A stretch of 64,000 nucleotides of DNA from Rickettsiales bacterium (GTDB lineage: Bacteria > Pseudomonadota > Alphaproteobacteria > Rs-D84), in contig JAISCX010000029.1 in assembly GCA_031265235.1 (NCBI GenBank), forward strand, positions 19,137 to 83,136, written 5' to 3'. Shown one piece after another: positions 55,189 through 64,000 of the stretch (positions are counted from its first letter, which is position 1; each line of letters begins with the position of its first letter). Made by a program: the position numbers and the translations under genes. Under the pieces are notes generated by a model, which was given only the letters and a program-made list of their open reading frames with translations, did not search any database and was not told where the DNA came from.

Positions 55189-56154
55189 ATGAGACCATTG
55201 TTCCGCATATTTGCTGTTTGCTGTTCGCTATTTGCTGTTCTTGCATCGCGCGACACGGCGAATGCCGCGTCTTGCAATACACCCAACCTGATTAAATGTT
55301 TGGATTCCGCATGCGCGATAAATATAGATCTGCAGCCGGGCGCGCGGTGCGCTTTGTGCGGCACGGACCTGGCGGCGGACGCGGTAAAGCAAAAATCCAC
55401 TTATAACCTGGGCGGCGGCACGGCAAAGATCCAGGCCTTGTCGCTGGGCAGACAGGCGGGCGTCACATTCACGGACAAAGAATTGAAATCAGCCCCGACA
55501 GACGCGGGCAAACGCTATGCCTGGGCGGCGGCGGAATGTATGAAAAAAGTATCCGGATGCACGGCGGACGAGATAGAAAAAAATTACGACAAGCTTGTCG
55601 AACAATCATGCCGCGCGGTTCTATCCGATAACGAATACAACGCGGCGGCAAAGCCGAAAGCGGCAAAAACCCGCACGGCCTGCGAAGCGGAAATGCAAAA
55701 CGCCATGACGAATGAAAAACGATGCGGTGCAAATTTCGCAAACTGCGAATTGGACGCGGATTTTGACAGATTCTTTTCCGCCGGCATCGTCGAAACAAAG
55801 TGCGATGAATTTGCGACAGAATTCAGCAAATCGATGAGATCTTCGCGCGATAGCTATATCGCCGCGCGTGACGCGAATATCGAATCGGTTGCGTCCGCGC
55901 ATGCGACTGTGCGCGAATCCAAAAAGAAAACACTCCGCACTGCGTGCACAGACGGCAGCGCCAAAGAACAATGCGTCGCAACGACATGCGGATGGATGCC
56001 GAATGGCTGTGGAAAAAGCCAGTCGCCGAAATACTCAACAGGAATAACAGACATGCCCGTACCGGACGACGATGTTGTAATCGCGCGTAATGAACGGCAA
56101 TACGCCACGCTGTTATGCAAATATATTGACCTGGCGTGCGATAGATTGAAATAA
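55189..56154 (+). CDS. secreted cysteine-rich protein, paralog family member P4 (321 aa)
   Basis: Signal peptide MRPLFRIFAVCCSLFAVLASRDTANA. Motifs SCNTPNLIKCLDSAC...CALCG, KRCGANFANCELD and ACEAEMQNA. 22 Cys. Confidence 0.7.
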   Translation: MRPLFRIFAVCCSLFAVLASRDTANAASCNTPNLIKCLDSACAINIDLQPGARCALCGTDLAADAVKQKSTYNLGGGTAKIQALSLGRQAGVTFTDKELKSAPTDAGKRYAWAAAECMKKVSGCTADEIEKNYDKLVEQSCRAVLSDNEYNAAAKPKAAKTRTACEAEMQNAMTNEKRCGANFANCELDADFDRFFSAGIVETKCDEFATEFSKSMRSSRDSYIAARDANIESVASAHATVRESKKKTLRTACTDGSAKEQCVATTCGWMPNGCGKSQSPKYSTGITDMPVPDDDVVIARNERQYATLLCKYIDLACDRLK

Positions 56155-58161
56155 ATGTTAAGAATAAAAAATAATTTTCATCAAAACAAACCATGCAAAA
56201 TATTTGCTGTCTGCTATCTGTTGTTTGCTATCTGCGGCATGTCGGCCGCAAGTGCCGCGGATGTCATTGCGCGTCCAACCGCTGCAACACCCGCACGGCC
56301 CAGCATCTTACGCCAGTCTGCAGTACGCACAGCGCCGAAGGCGCCGGTTGTCATAGAGGAAACTGAATCCATTTCGGAATCGGAAACTGTCCCCCCGGAA
56401 CCAGAACCAATCATCACGCCGGATATTCCGGTTGCGAACAAATCATCCGACTTTGCGACAATTTTTTCGGACACAAATACTGGGGGTGCGCAAACAAATT
56501 CCACGATGGCAGAACAGATACGCGCGCAACGGGCGGCATTTGACGCCGCGGAACGCGTCGAACAAGGCAGAACCGCAGCATCGACACTTGGCACTGCGAC
56601 AGCGAACGCATGTGACAGCGCGCTTCGCGCATGCATGATCGGCAAATGCGGGAACGATTTTGAAAAATGCGCGGGCGACGGGGACACAATATTTGGCGAC
56701 AAAATGGAATCATGCCGGCGAAACATAAAATGCACCGGTCGCGAATTCACGCTGTTTTCCACGCAAATCAAGGATGATCGCGATGCGAACGCGATGTTTG
56801 CCGGATTCAACGAAATCTTGAACTGCGGCACATGTTATAACCAATGCATATTGGAAAAATGCGGCGGCATGGGATTTGGAAAATGCCTTTCCAAGGCCGG
56901 CGGAGACGCCGCGGTCGCAGCATGCAAATCTTTGGCACAAAACGATTCAAGGTCGAATGAAGTTTGCAAATCGTTAGTGCAAAAATGCCAGACAGCGGAC
57001 AGCGGATTGGCTTCCCGCGCGATGGAATTATTTGGAAACCTGCGCGTGGACACGGAAAAAAATATCGCGTCATGGGAAAAACAGCTTTACGCATTGCGCG
57101 ACAAGATGTCCGCTGATTGCACGGCCGGGGGCGGAATGTTTGATTCTGCCAGCTTTGATTGCGTATTTACGGTGGAAATGAATGCCCAGGGATGGGATCA
57201 TCCTGTTGCCACGAAAAAACTATTCGCAGGCCAAAACTTTATGTGCACTGAAAATTGGTTCGGCGTCGATATAACGACATTCAAAGAAAACGCGGCCCGC
57301 CTGACGCGGTCGCAAACCGGCGCGTCCAGCGCGTTCTTGGGCGCGGGACTTGGCGTCGCCGCCGGGGCGATATCATCCGGTGCAATCGGCCGCGCGATTG
57401 ACAGGTTCAAAGCGGACAAAGCGTTAACAAATGAATTAAAAAAAGAATTACCACCTGCGGCACCCGAAGCCACATGCGAAGATCCGTATAAGGACAATCC
57501 TGATGGTGGACCATGCGTATGTATTAATGGAAGTGATTCCGACAACTGCGAAAATGCATCAGAAGAAGAACCGGAAACGCCAGTTGCAGAGGATCCAGAA
57601 CCAACACCAGAAGTTCCAACACCAACACCGGTGCCGCAAGAAGCCACAGATGACTGCGTTGATCCGAAACAAAAAAACGACGCCGGCGAATGCGAATGCA
57701 AAAACGGCGAGAAGACAGAAAATTGCGAAGCTACGCCGCCTCCTCCACCGCCACCGGTACCCGAAGAAACAATTTCCATGCCTGGCGATGCTTTGTTTGC
57801 CAGCGGAAGAACCACTGTTATGAAAGGCAAAGAAAACCTGTTGACCAACTGGGCCGATACAATGAAAGGTCATATAACCAAAAATAAAAATCTATGCTTT
57901 TTGATCGGGGGATACAGCGATAACGACAAGATTGACCCAAAGTTTAAAAACAATAAATGTCTCAAAAGCAACCTGGCCTTGTCAGAATGTCGCGCGGAAT
58001 CAGTGAAAAATGTTTTGATAAACAAAGGCGTCCCAGCGAACAATCTTTCCCATGTCGAATACGGGGATGCTGGGTGTTCCGCCAAGACAGCCGCTGAAAA
58101 AGCAGCATGCAGAAAAATAACATTCCAGGTATCATCCGATAATGATTGCAATTCCATATAA
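56155..58161 (+). CDS. secreted cysteine-rich protein, paralog family member P5 (668 aa) with Pro-rich hinge and C-terminal OmpA-like peptidoglycan-binding domain
   Basis: Signal peptide. Motifs ACDSALRACMIGKCGNDFEKCAGDGD and CKSLVQKCQ. Linkers PEPEPII and PPPPPPVPEE. The C-terminus LIGGYSDNDKIDPKFKNNKCLKSNLALSECRAESVKNVLINKGVPANNLSHVEYGDAGC matches the OmpA/MotB domain. Start immediately follows the P4 stop (TAAATG). Confidence 0.8.
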   Translation: MLRIKNNFHQNKPCKIFAVCYLLFAICGMSAASAADVIARPTAATPARPSILRQSAVRTAPKAPVVIEETESISESETVPPEPEPIITPDIPVANKSSDFATIFSDTNTGGAQTNSTMAEQIRAQRAAFDAAERVEQGRTAASTLGTATANACDSALRACMIGKCGNDFEKCAGDGDTIFGDKMESCRRNIKCTGREFTLFSTQIKDDRDANAMFAGFNEILNCGTCYNQCILEKCGGMGFGKCLSKAGGDAAVAACKSLAQNDSRSNEVCKSLVQKCQTADSGLASRAMELFGNLRVDTEKNIASWEKQLYALRDKMSADCTAGGGMFDSASFDCVFTVEMNAQGWDHPVATKKLFAGQNFMCTENWFGVDITTFKENAARLTRSQTGASSAFLGAGLGVAAGAISSGAIGRAIDRFKADKALTNELKKELPPAAPEATCEDPYKDNPDGGPCVCINGSDSDNCENASEEEPETPVAEDPEPTPEVPTPTPVPQEATDDCVDPKQKNDAGECECKNGEKTENCEATPPPPPPPVPEETISMPGDALFASGRTTVMKGKENLLTNWADTMKGHITKNKNLCFLIGGYSDNDKIDPKFKNNKCLKSNLALSECRAESVKNVLINKGVPANNLSHVEYGDAGCSAKTAAEKAACRKITFQVSSDNDCNSI

Positions 58162-58191
58162 TAGATGCATGCACAATTAAGATTGTTATTA

Positions 58192-59337
58192 TCACCACAT
58201 AACTGCGGCCCACATGTAAAGGGCAAGAAAACCCATATATATCACGCTGGTCCAGCGTGATATTTTTTTCCATACGAACAGATTCAGCGTCAGCATCACC
58301 AGCGCAGCGACCATCGCCCAAACGTCAAGGCGCGATATGTGCGGCGTCACCGGCAGATCCATGAAAATGGCCGCGGTCGGTATGACCAACGCTATGTTCA
58401 TCAGGTTCGATCCCAGAATATTTCCAATTGCAATTTGCGGACTGCGGCGGACGGCCGCAATAATCGTGACAATCAGTTCCGGCATGGACGTCCCGGGACC
58501 CACTATTAATATTCCCGCAAGCGTCTGGTCCAGATGATTAACATTCGCTATGGTCTGCAGCGCGTCCATAAAAATTTCAGACCCGGAATATATCAGTCCG
58601 ATACCCAAAAGAACCAGGGATGCAAGCCCCGCAGTGGAATCCTGAAAAAAACGAAACAAAGCATTGTCATAAAGAAAGTCATAGTGTCGCCGGGTATTGA
58701 AAGCATTCCCCGTGCCGGGAATTTTTTGCACGGCCGCAGCGACGTCAATTTTGTTCGCGGCATTGATCTTGGGCCCGGGGTTTGAAATCGTCGCACTATC
58801 CCGGCTGGCTTGGCCATCGGGTCCTGCTTCCTTTTCCTTTGCGTTTTTTATCGCGTACCACAAATACGCAGCGAAAATCGAATAAAGAATAACGCCGTCT
58901 ATCCAGCCTATGACACGGAACATGCACATCGCGGTCAGAATTATGGTTGCAATCCAGACAAACACAAAATCCGTCGGATGCCGCCGGCCGTTAAGAATTA
59001 TGGGCGATAAAAACGCGCCGATTCCTATGACGCCCCAAATATCGACGATGTTGGACGACACATTATTGCTGACGACCAGTGTTCCCAAATCGCGGTTGTC
59101 GGATATTATCGACACGAAAAGTTCCGGCATGGATGTCCCGATACCTATGATTACCACGGCGATTATAAATTCGGACAGCCCCAGCCGGCGGGATATTCCG
59201 ACGGTTCCGCGCACAAGCCAATCGCCGCCTATCAGCATCAGAATCGCGCCAAAAAACAAATGGACCCAAGTCATAAAATAATCATAGTGAATAAAAGCAA
59301 CTATGTTGATAGGAAGCAAAGCCCGAACCATGATCAT
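58192..59337 (-). CDS. Ca2+:cation antiporter (CaCA / YrbG-like) family membrane protein
   Basis: Two alpha-repeat motifs G(T/I)SMPELFVSII and GTSMPELIVTII, about 10 TM helices, 381 aa. Confidence 0.8.
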   Translation of the reverse strand: MIMVRALLPINIVAFIHYDYFMTWVHLFFGAILMLIGGDWLVRGTVGISRRLGLSEFIIAVVIIGIGTSMPELFVSIISDNRDLGTLVVSNNVSSNIVDIWGVIGIGAFLSPIILNGRRHPTDFVFVWIATIILTAMCMFRVIGWIDGVILYSIFAAYLWYAIKNAKEKEAGPDGQASRDSATISNPGPKINAANKIDVAAAVQKIPGTGNAFNTRRHYDFLYDNALFRFFQDSTAGLASLVLLGIGLIYSGSEIFMDALQTIANVNHLDQTLAGILIVGPGTSMPELIVTIIAAVRRSPQIAIGNILGSNLMNIALVIPTAAIFMDLPVTPHISRLDVWAMVAALVMLTLNLFVWKKISRWTSVIYMGFLALYMWAAVMW

Positions 59338-59364
59338 AAAAAATCCGCGCGGCGCGCGGATTTT
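59338..59364 (-). terminator. rho-independent terminator downstream of the large surface-protein gene
   Basis: AAATCCGCGCG-GCGC-GCGGATTT with a T-run on the minus strand. Confidence 0.6.
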
Positions 59365-62300
59365 TATATTCCAAGCTTATGATTTAGTTTAAACATTAAA
59401 ATCGTTTCGTCCCCGAATTCATCCGTATGATTCGGATTGCTGCGATATATGAACCCAAGCGCGCCGGACGTCCAATCGTTAAACTTTGCGCGGTATGCGG
59501 CGGAAAATCTGGTTTCGCGTCCATGCGCAGCCAGATCAAGATTCCGGGCATAAGGATTTGCCACCAAGTCAAAACCCGTGTCAGATTCCACCAAATCATA
59601 ATCGGCGCTTGCATACTGCAAATGCCCGCGCGTCACCGCCAAAGGCCGCGATACATTGAACGACCAGCCGCCAAATTCCACGCCGACAGACATTGCGTCC
59701 GACCGCAAGTCCGACATTCCCAAAATAAATTCGCCTGTTGCATTCGTCTTTGTTTGCGCCGCGGTATATCTGGCATTAAGCTGTAATTTTTCGCTTGCGC
59801 GGATTGTCAGAACACTGTCGATATATGCGGTCTCGCCCGCGCCAAACGCCAGCAATCCATCGGAATATGAACCCAGCATCGTTTCCGATTCATCCATAAA
59901 TCCAATAATGCTGGCCACAGAAAATACGCCGCGATCAAATACGACCCCGAATTCGCCGCCGGAAACGCTGCCCAGCCGCATAGGGGTATATCTGCCGCTT
60001 AGCGCGGGATCATTTTCCATGAGCCCTTCTTCAGTTATTGCGCCGGTCCAGCCGCGAAACGCAACCGACCATGCGCCGGTCCCATACTTGACATCCGTTG
60101 AAACCGCGTTGGACGCAAGAGAAAGCACCGGATTTGCGGCATCGCCCCGCATTATGTTCGCGCCGCCCATGTTGCGTTCGTACTTTGCGCCGAACGACCA
60201 CGCGCCGGCGGAATACCCCAGCGACAGTTCATCCAGGTTGCCATACCCGTCGTCCGCAGTCGAATCGCGAAACGATACGGACATGGCGATTGGCGATTTG
60301 TTATTGGCGATCGGCAAATCCTTGCCGTCATCAATCTTGAAATCCGCAAGCAAATTCGCAGACAGCGCCCGTCTGTTATTGGCCAATGAAATCGTGTTTT
60401 CAAAGATCCGCGGCATCGACGCGGTTCTGTCCACGGATTCCACAAAGTCAAACACGGGCGTCATTAGCAAAGCGCCTTGCGCGCCGAACGCGCTGCCCAG
60501 AGACACCGCGGTTTTCGCCACAGTACTTGAATTTACGGTTGCCTGGCGCCAATATGCTTTGCCGCTGCTGGATACAATGCGATCATCGGATGTGAAAAAA
60601 TGCAATTTTGTCCCGGCGCGCGTCGCGCGTTCCAGATTGACAAGGCCGTATCCGTAAATCTCTGCAAATACGCTAAGATAACTTTCTCCGGAAGCCACGC
60701 GATACTGATACTGTCCGGGCAATGTGTAAATGCCGCTTAAATATTCAATCAAAGCAGCCTCTGAAAACGTATTGCCGGCGGCATCCGTCCCCAGCATATA
60801 TCCGTCCGCCGTCAGCGCCAGCAGCCTGAAAATCATTTCATTGGACATGTATGAAAACGCGCCCTTTGCCGCGCCGAACGCGCCCGCCATGGCGGCGACA
60901 GCCTGGTCTGAATTCGCGCCAGCCGCCGCAAAGCACCATGGATCCGTCGTGCCGTTCGCCCTGCCGGCCATACCGCACGCGCGCGATGCGAAAACATCCG
61001 TCCCATCGGTCCATGTTGCCAATCCGATCTTGCCCATGCCGCTTGCCGAATCATATCCGGAAACAGTGTCCACGTTCGTGGTTCCCGACCCGTTGGAATA
61101 CTGCACCGCGACGACAGACATGAATTTATGATTTAGGTTCTCGTAAAGCGCTGGCGCGAAATTTTCAAAACTTGCCTCTTGAATCTGGCCGTCAATATGG
61201 CCGTTCACGATATTCAAAGTATATCCGCCTGTTCCGAAAATCAGCATAGGCGCATTCGCCGCCCCCATGGCGCCCCCGAACAACAGGCCGGCGTCCGTTC
61301 CCGGAAAATACGAATCCACAATCGGATTATCATAATACTTATTTACAGTATCCGTGAATATAGTGCGCGCGTCCGTTGTCGTCTGGCCGGCAATCATTGC
61401 AGCCATATCGGTTATTGTCTCGGAATCATTGGACAGCAACGACACAGGCATGGCCGCGTTCGCAATGCTGGCCACCGGATTCCCGACGCTATTCAATGAC
61501 GACGACGCATTCAGCATCGCCCGATAGTTCATATAATCGATATTCTGCAGCTGCTTGTTCAACGTCACATTTCCGGACGAATCTATCGCATAGGCGCTGT
61601 CTATGCCGCCGCCGGTCGAATTGACATACAGCAATCCGTCCGCGCCGATGTATCCGCTGAAATTATAAAGTCCCGCGACGGAAAACACGCTGCCGTTCAC
61701 TGTTATTGTATAAGTGTTTCCGCCGACTGTGATGGTATCGCCGGTATCCCAATTGTCATTGTTATTAACATCGATCATGGTCCCGACAGGCGCGCCGGGC
61801 GTGACGCTGACGAATCCCCGGCCGCCGCCAGTGCGGTAAACCGCCAGCTGTCCGTTCGGCATGAATCCATAATAGTCGCCGACATCCGGCGCCTGTCCGT
61901 TTTCCCATCCAGCGATTATCTTGGCCAGCGCGGAATCATCGCTTGACGCATAGGGATTAAAAACGGTTCCGCTGCCGCTTAGGTCAAATCCGATGTCTTC
62001 GGACACGGTGGAATCGTTTCCGGCGGCCGTGAACTTATTGTTGAAAAACTTGCGCGACACAGTGCCGCTGCCGGTTTCTGCCGCGGTGCAGGCATCTTCC
62101 GTCCCCGCCGCGCATCCGGCCCATGTTATCCAGCCGTCCGTGGCGGATCCGGATGCATTCACCCCGTTTGCGGTGATCAGCGCGGTTAAAACCGGCCGCC
62201 CGCCGCCTGCCGTATCGCCTGTCGCGGAATTCGTCAGATCATAAACCAAAGGCGTTCTGTCAGCCAGACGCAATGTTTTTTGCCCGGCGTATCCGCGGGC

Positions 62301-63017
62301 CAGCGGGCTGTATCCGTGCATCATCAAAAGATAGTTCTGTTTGTTGCTGGCGGACATATATGCAAAGTCCCAGTCGCGGACGGTCGTGCTGCCCGCCGGA
62401 TTTTTCGGACTGAATTGGTCCAGCGCGCTTTTATAGTTGTAAAGCGGCGCAAGTTCCGCGGGACCTTTTGGTAAAGCGGCTGTCTCTGTCACCGTTCCGC
62501 CGGTTCCGCCACTGTTGCCCCCGCCCCCTTTGCCGCGACCGGTTCCGTCGTTGTTGGGTCCGCCGCCGTTATTATTACCCGGTCCGCCCAGCAGGTCCAC
62601 CAAAAGCCATACCCCCCCAACGACAACGGCCGCCCCTGCGGCGGCCAATGTCATATTCTGCGCGGTTGACAAGCCAGAGAATAATCCGCCCGATTCTTCT
62701 TTGGGCAATCGCTGGTTATATCTTTTTATCTGCTGGTCGCATTTTGACGCGTCCGCGCCGTATACCTGCAATATCTGCGCGGCCTTTATATCATTGTTCA
62801 TCAGCGCCGTGCAAACAATCGAAAGCCCGGTGTTATCGACATAGTTCACATTCGCGCCGGCATTTACAAGCGCCTGAACCGTCTGGGCATTGCCGGCGCG
62901 CGCCGCGGACAAAAGCTGGGCCGCAGTTTGAAATTCAGTCGCAGCATACAAAGGAGCGCCCGTGCAAAAAGCAAAGAGCGCAAAGCAAAATGCAAGTTTT
63001 TTTGATAAAAATCTCAA
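59364..63017 (-). CDS. giant surface protein (1217 aa): signal peptide, ankyrin repeats, Gly/Asn-rich linker, large passenger region and C-terminal outer-membrane beta-barrel (autotransporter-like)
   Basis: MRFLSKKLAFCFALFAFCTGAPLYAA signal peptide. Two ankyrin repeats (AGNAQTVQALVNAGANVNYVDNTGLSIVCTALMNNDIKAAQILQVYGADAS). GGPGNNNGGGPNNDGTGRGKGGGGNSGGTGG linker. The last 330 aa alternate hydrophobic and polar residues with Gly/aromatic-rich strands (GYSAGAWSFGAKYE...), typical of a 12-strand translocator. The terminal residue is Ile rather than Phe/Trp, so barrel assignment is provisional. Confidence 0.55.
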   Translation of the reverse strand: MRFLSKKLAFCFALFAFCTGAPLYAATEFQTAAQLLSAARAGNAQTVQALVNAGANVNYVDNTGLSIVCTALMNNDIKAAQILQVYGADASKCDQQIKRYNQRLPKEESGGLFSGLSTAQNMTLAAAGAAVVVGGVWLLVDLLGGPGNNNGGGPNNDGTGRGKGGGGNSGGTGGTVTETAALPKGPAELAPLYNYKSALDQFSPKNPAGSTTVRDWDFAYMSASNKQNYLLMMHGYSPLARGYAGQKTLRLADRTPLVYDLTNSATGDTAGGGRPVLTALITANGVNASGSATDGWITWAGCAAGTEDACTAAETGSGTVSRKFFNNKFTAAGNDSTVSEDIGFDLSGSGTVFNPYASSDDSALAKIIAGWENGQAPDVGDYYGFMPNGQLAVYRTGGGRGFVSVTPGAPVGTMIDVNNNDNWDTGDTITVGGNTYTITVNGSVFSVAGLYNFSGYIGADGLLYVNSTGGGIDSAYAIDSSGNVTLNKQLQNIDYMNYRAMLNASSSLNSVGNPVASIANAAMPVSLLSNDSETITDMAAMIAGQTTTDARTIFTDTVNKYYDNPIVDSYFPGTDAGLLFGGAMGAANAPMLIFGTGGYTLNIVNGHIDGQIQEASFENFAPALYENLNHKFMSVVAVQYSNGSGTTNVDTVSGYDSASGMGKIGLATWTDGTDVFASRACGMAGRANGTTDPWCFAAAGANSDQAVAAMAGAFGAAKGAFSYMSNEMIFRLLALTADGYMLGTDAAGNTFSEAALIEYLSGIYTLPGQYQYRVASGESYLSVFAEIYGYGLVNLERATRAGTKLHFFTSDDRIVSSSGKAYWRQATVNSSTVAKTAVSLGSAFGAQGALLMTPVFDFVESVDRTASMPRIFENTISLANNRRALSANLLADFKIDDGKDLPIANNKSPIAMSVSFRDSTADDGYGNLDELSLGYSAGAWSFGAKYERNMGGANIMRGDAANPVLSLASNAVSTDVKYGTGAWSVAFRGWTGAITEEGLMENDPALSGRYTPMRLGSVSGGEFGVVFDRGVFSVASIIGFMDESETMLGSYSDGLLAFGAGETAYIDSVLTIRASEKLQLNARYTAAQTKTNATGEFILGMSDLRSDAMSVGVEFGGWSFNVSRPLAVTRGHLQYASADYDLVESDTGFDLVANPYARNLDLAAHGRETRFSAAYRAKFNDWTSGALGFIYRSNPNHTDEFGDETILMFKLNHKLGI

Positions 63018-63218
63018 GACTTTCTCCTACAATTCTCCAACACTCTCAATCCTACTATAAAACGAAAATTTAGTGCAAGTGAAAAATCATATTAATGTAT
63101 CTCGATCAAAGGAATTTATTTCGACCGGACCAGACGGATGCCACCGCTTTTCCGCCCTATTGCGGGGCGGGAAAATCCGGTCGAATTCATACATGGCGCA
63201 ACTTCACAAACCGAGAAA

Positions 63219-64000
63219 TTATTTTTCTCCGAATAATCTTTTAAACAGCCTGTTATTTATCTTAACGGGATATTTTCTGGACAAGAATGCGGAATAGTCA
63301 TCCGTCACAGTGCGCGCCAGCATGTTCGCTGCTTCCTTTTGCAACGCCGATTTTTTACCGGCGTCCATCTTTGGCGTTATGGATTCCTTGACCCATAACA
63401 CGTAAAATGCGTCCCGACCAGGAACAATCGTTTTTGTCCCAGGCTCGTTCGCGAACGCGGCGCTTAACACCTCTATCGGCGCGCCGCTCGCGCGGGTAAC
63501 GGTAACGCCGGACCCGATTGATTTGCCTTTTGCGTTTGCCGCCGCCAGAACTTCGTTCGCTTTCAGATACGCGCTTTTTTTCTGTTCATCGCGCTTCCAC
63601 ATTTCCGCCAGTTCTTTTTCCATCGATTCCATTTCCGCAATATGCGCGTATTCTATCTTTTCAACGCGAAATATGGCAAATCCTGACTTTGTTTCGATTA
63701 TCTCGCTTTCCATGCCTTCATCCAAGGAAAACGCCAATGATATTATCGAATCGTTAAGAATAGGATCTGTCACCGCCGCCCCGCCGCGCACTGTCCTTTC
63801 GGCATCAATATTCGGCAATTTCATAAATTTTGCCTTGAATTTGGCCGCCGCATTCGACATTGATTCGCCGCCGATAATCGCGTCTTCTAATTTTTGCGCA
63901 GACGCGTACGCGCGGTCATAATCATCCGGCTCGCTCATTTTCGCAGGCACCAGGACATACGAAATACTGCGGAATTCCGGAATTGTTTTCTGGTTTTTCG
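63219..64000 (-). CDS. periplasmic chaperone/peptidyl-prolyl isomerase PpiD-like protein, C-terminal part (N-terminus beyond window end)
   Basis: The frame stays open to the window edge. The sequence resembles the C-terminal chaperone region of PpiD/SurA-like proteins. Weak assignment. Confidence 0.4.
   Translation of the reverse strand, partial: KNQKTIPEFRSISYVLVPAKMSEPDDYDRAYASAQKLEDAIIGGESMSNAAAKFKAKFMKLPNIDAERTVRGGAAVTDPILNDSIISLAFSLDEGMESEIIETKSGFAIFRVEKIEYAHIAEMESMEKELAEMWKRDEQKKSAYLKANEVLAAANAKGKSIGSGVTVTRASGAPIEVLSAAFANEPGTKTIVPGRDAFYVLWVKESITPKMDAGKKSALQKEAANMLARTVTDDYSAFLSRKYPVKINNRLFKRLFGEK

Noticed and set aside
58238-58270. Perfect hairpin ATCACGCTGG-TCC-AGCGTGAT followed by a T-run, resembling a terminator
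   Set aside because: It lies inside the last 25 codons of the CaCA transporter (encoding ...SRWTSVIYMGF...). It is probably a coincidental coding palindrome, and the real terminator for the neighbouring gene is at 59338-59364.

Overview
This 64-kb window looks like an alphaproteobacterial chromosomal segment. The evidence is a CcrM-type beta-class N6-adenine methyltransferase and the housekeeping set ftsH, trpS, gap, miaA, priA, infA, secG, prmC, parC, rpsU, nrdR, rnhB, pgk, ftsY and clpPX. GC is about 50% in core genes and clearly lower in several inserted-looking blocks. A host-associated or intracellular lifestyle is possible but not proven: there are signal-peptide ankyrin-repeat proteins, many secreted cysteine-rich proteins, and palindromic elements of the Rickettsia palindromic element (RPE) type inserted in-frame into a housekeeping gene. 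There are two tRNAs (Pro-CGG on the minus strand, Arg-ACG on the plus strand), no rRNA and no CRISPR array.

The most unusual content is:
- **A cysteine-rich secreted protein family.** Five divergent paralogs sit in two loci (12.0-20.2 kb and 55.2-58.2 kb). They share ordered Cys motifs (C-x3-Y/L-x2-C-M/L-D-Q/S-F-C; C-G-x-N/D-F/W-x-x-C; C-x3-L-D-Q/A-C). One member ends in an OmpA-like peptidoglycan-binding domain, and two have reshuffled Gly-zipper/Cys C-terminal tails.
- **Two 107-bp palindromic 3' elements.** Each is bounded by perfect 11-bp inverted repeats, and the inverted repeat supplies the TAA stop codon of the first two paralogs.
- **RPE-like palindromic elements.** A 162-bp copy is inserted in-frame into prmC and a second copy lies just past its stop.
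- **A methyltransferase cassette.** It is low-GC, flanked by nested inverted repeats, and sits next to tRNA-Arg.
- **An (AG)24 microsatellite** upstream of a secreted-protein/IPT-LamG gene pair.
- **A three-gene secreted ankyrin operon** with overlapping stop and start codons.
- **A trimeric autotransporter adhesin** with 19 tandem 30-bp repeats.
- **A giant ankyrin-plus-beta-barrel surface protein.**
- **A Mu-F-motif protein with a downstream lipoprotein.**
- **A low-GC primase-like gene pair.**
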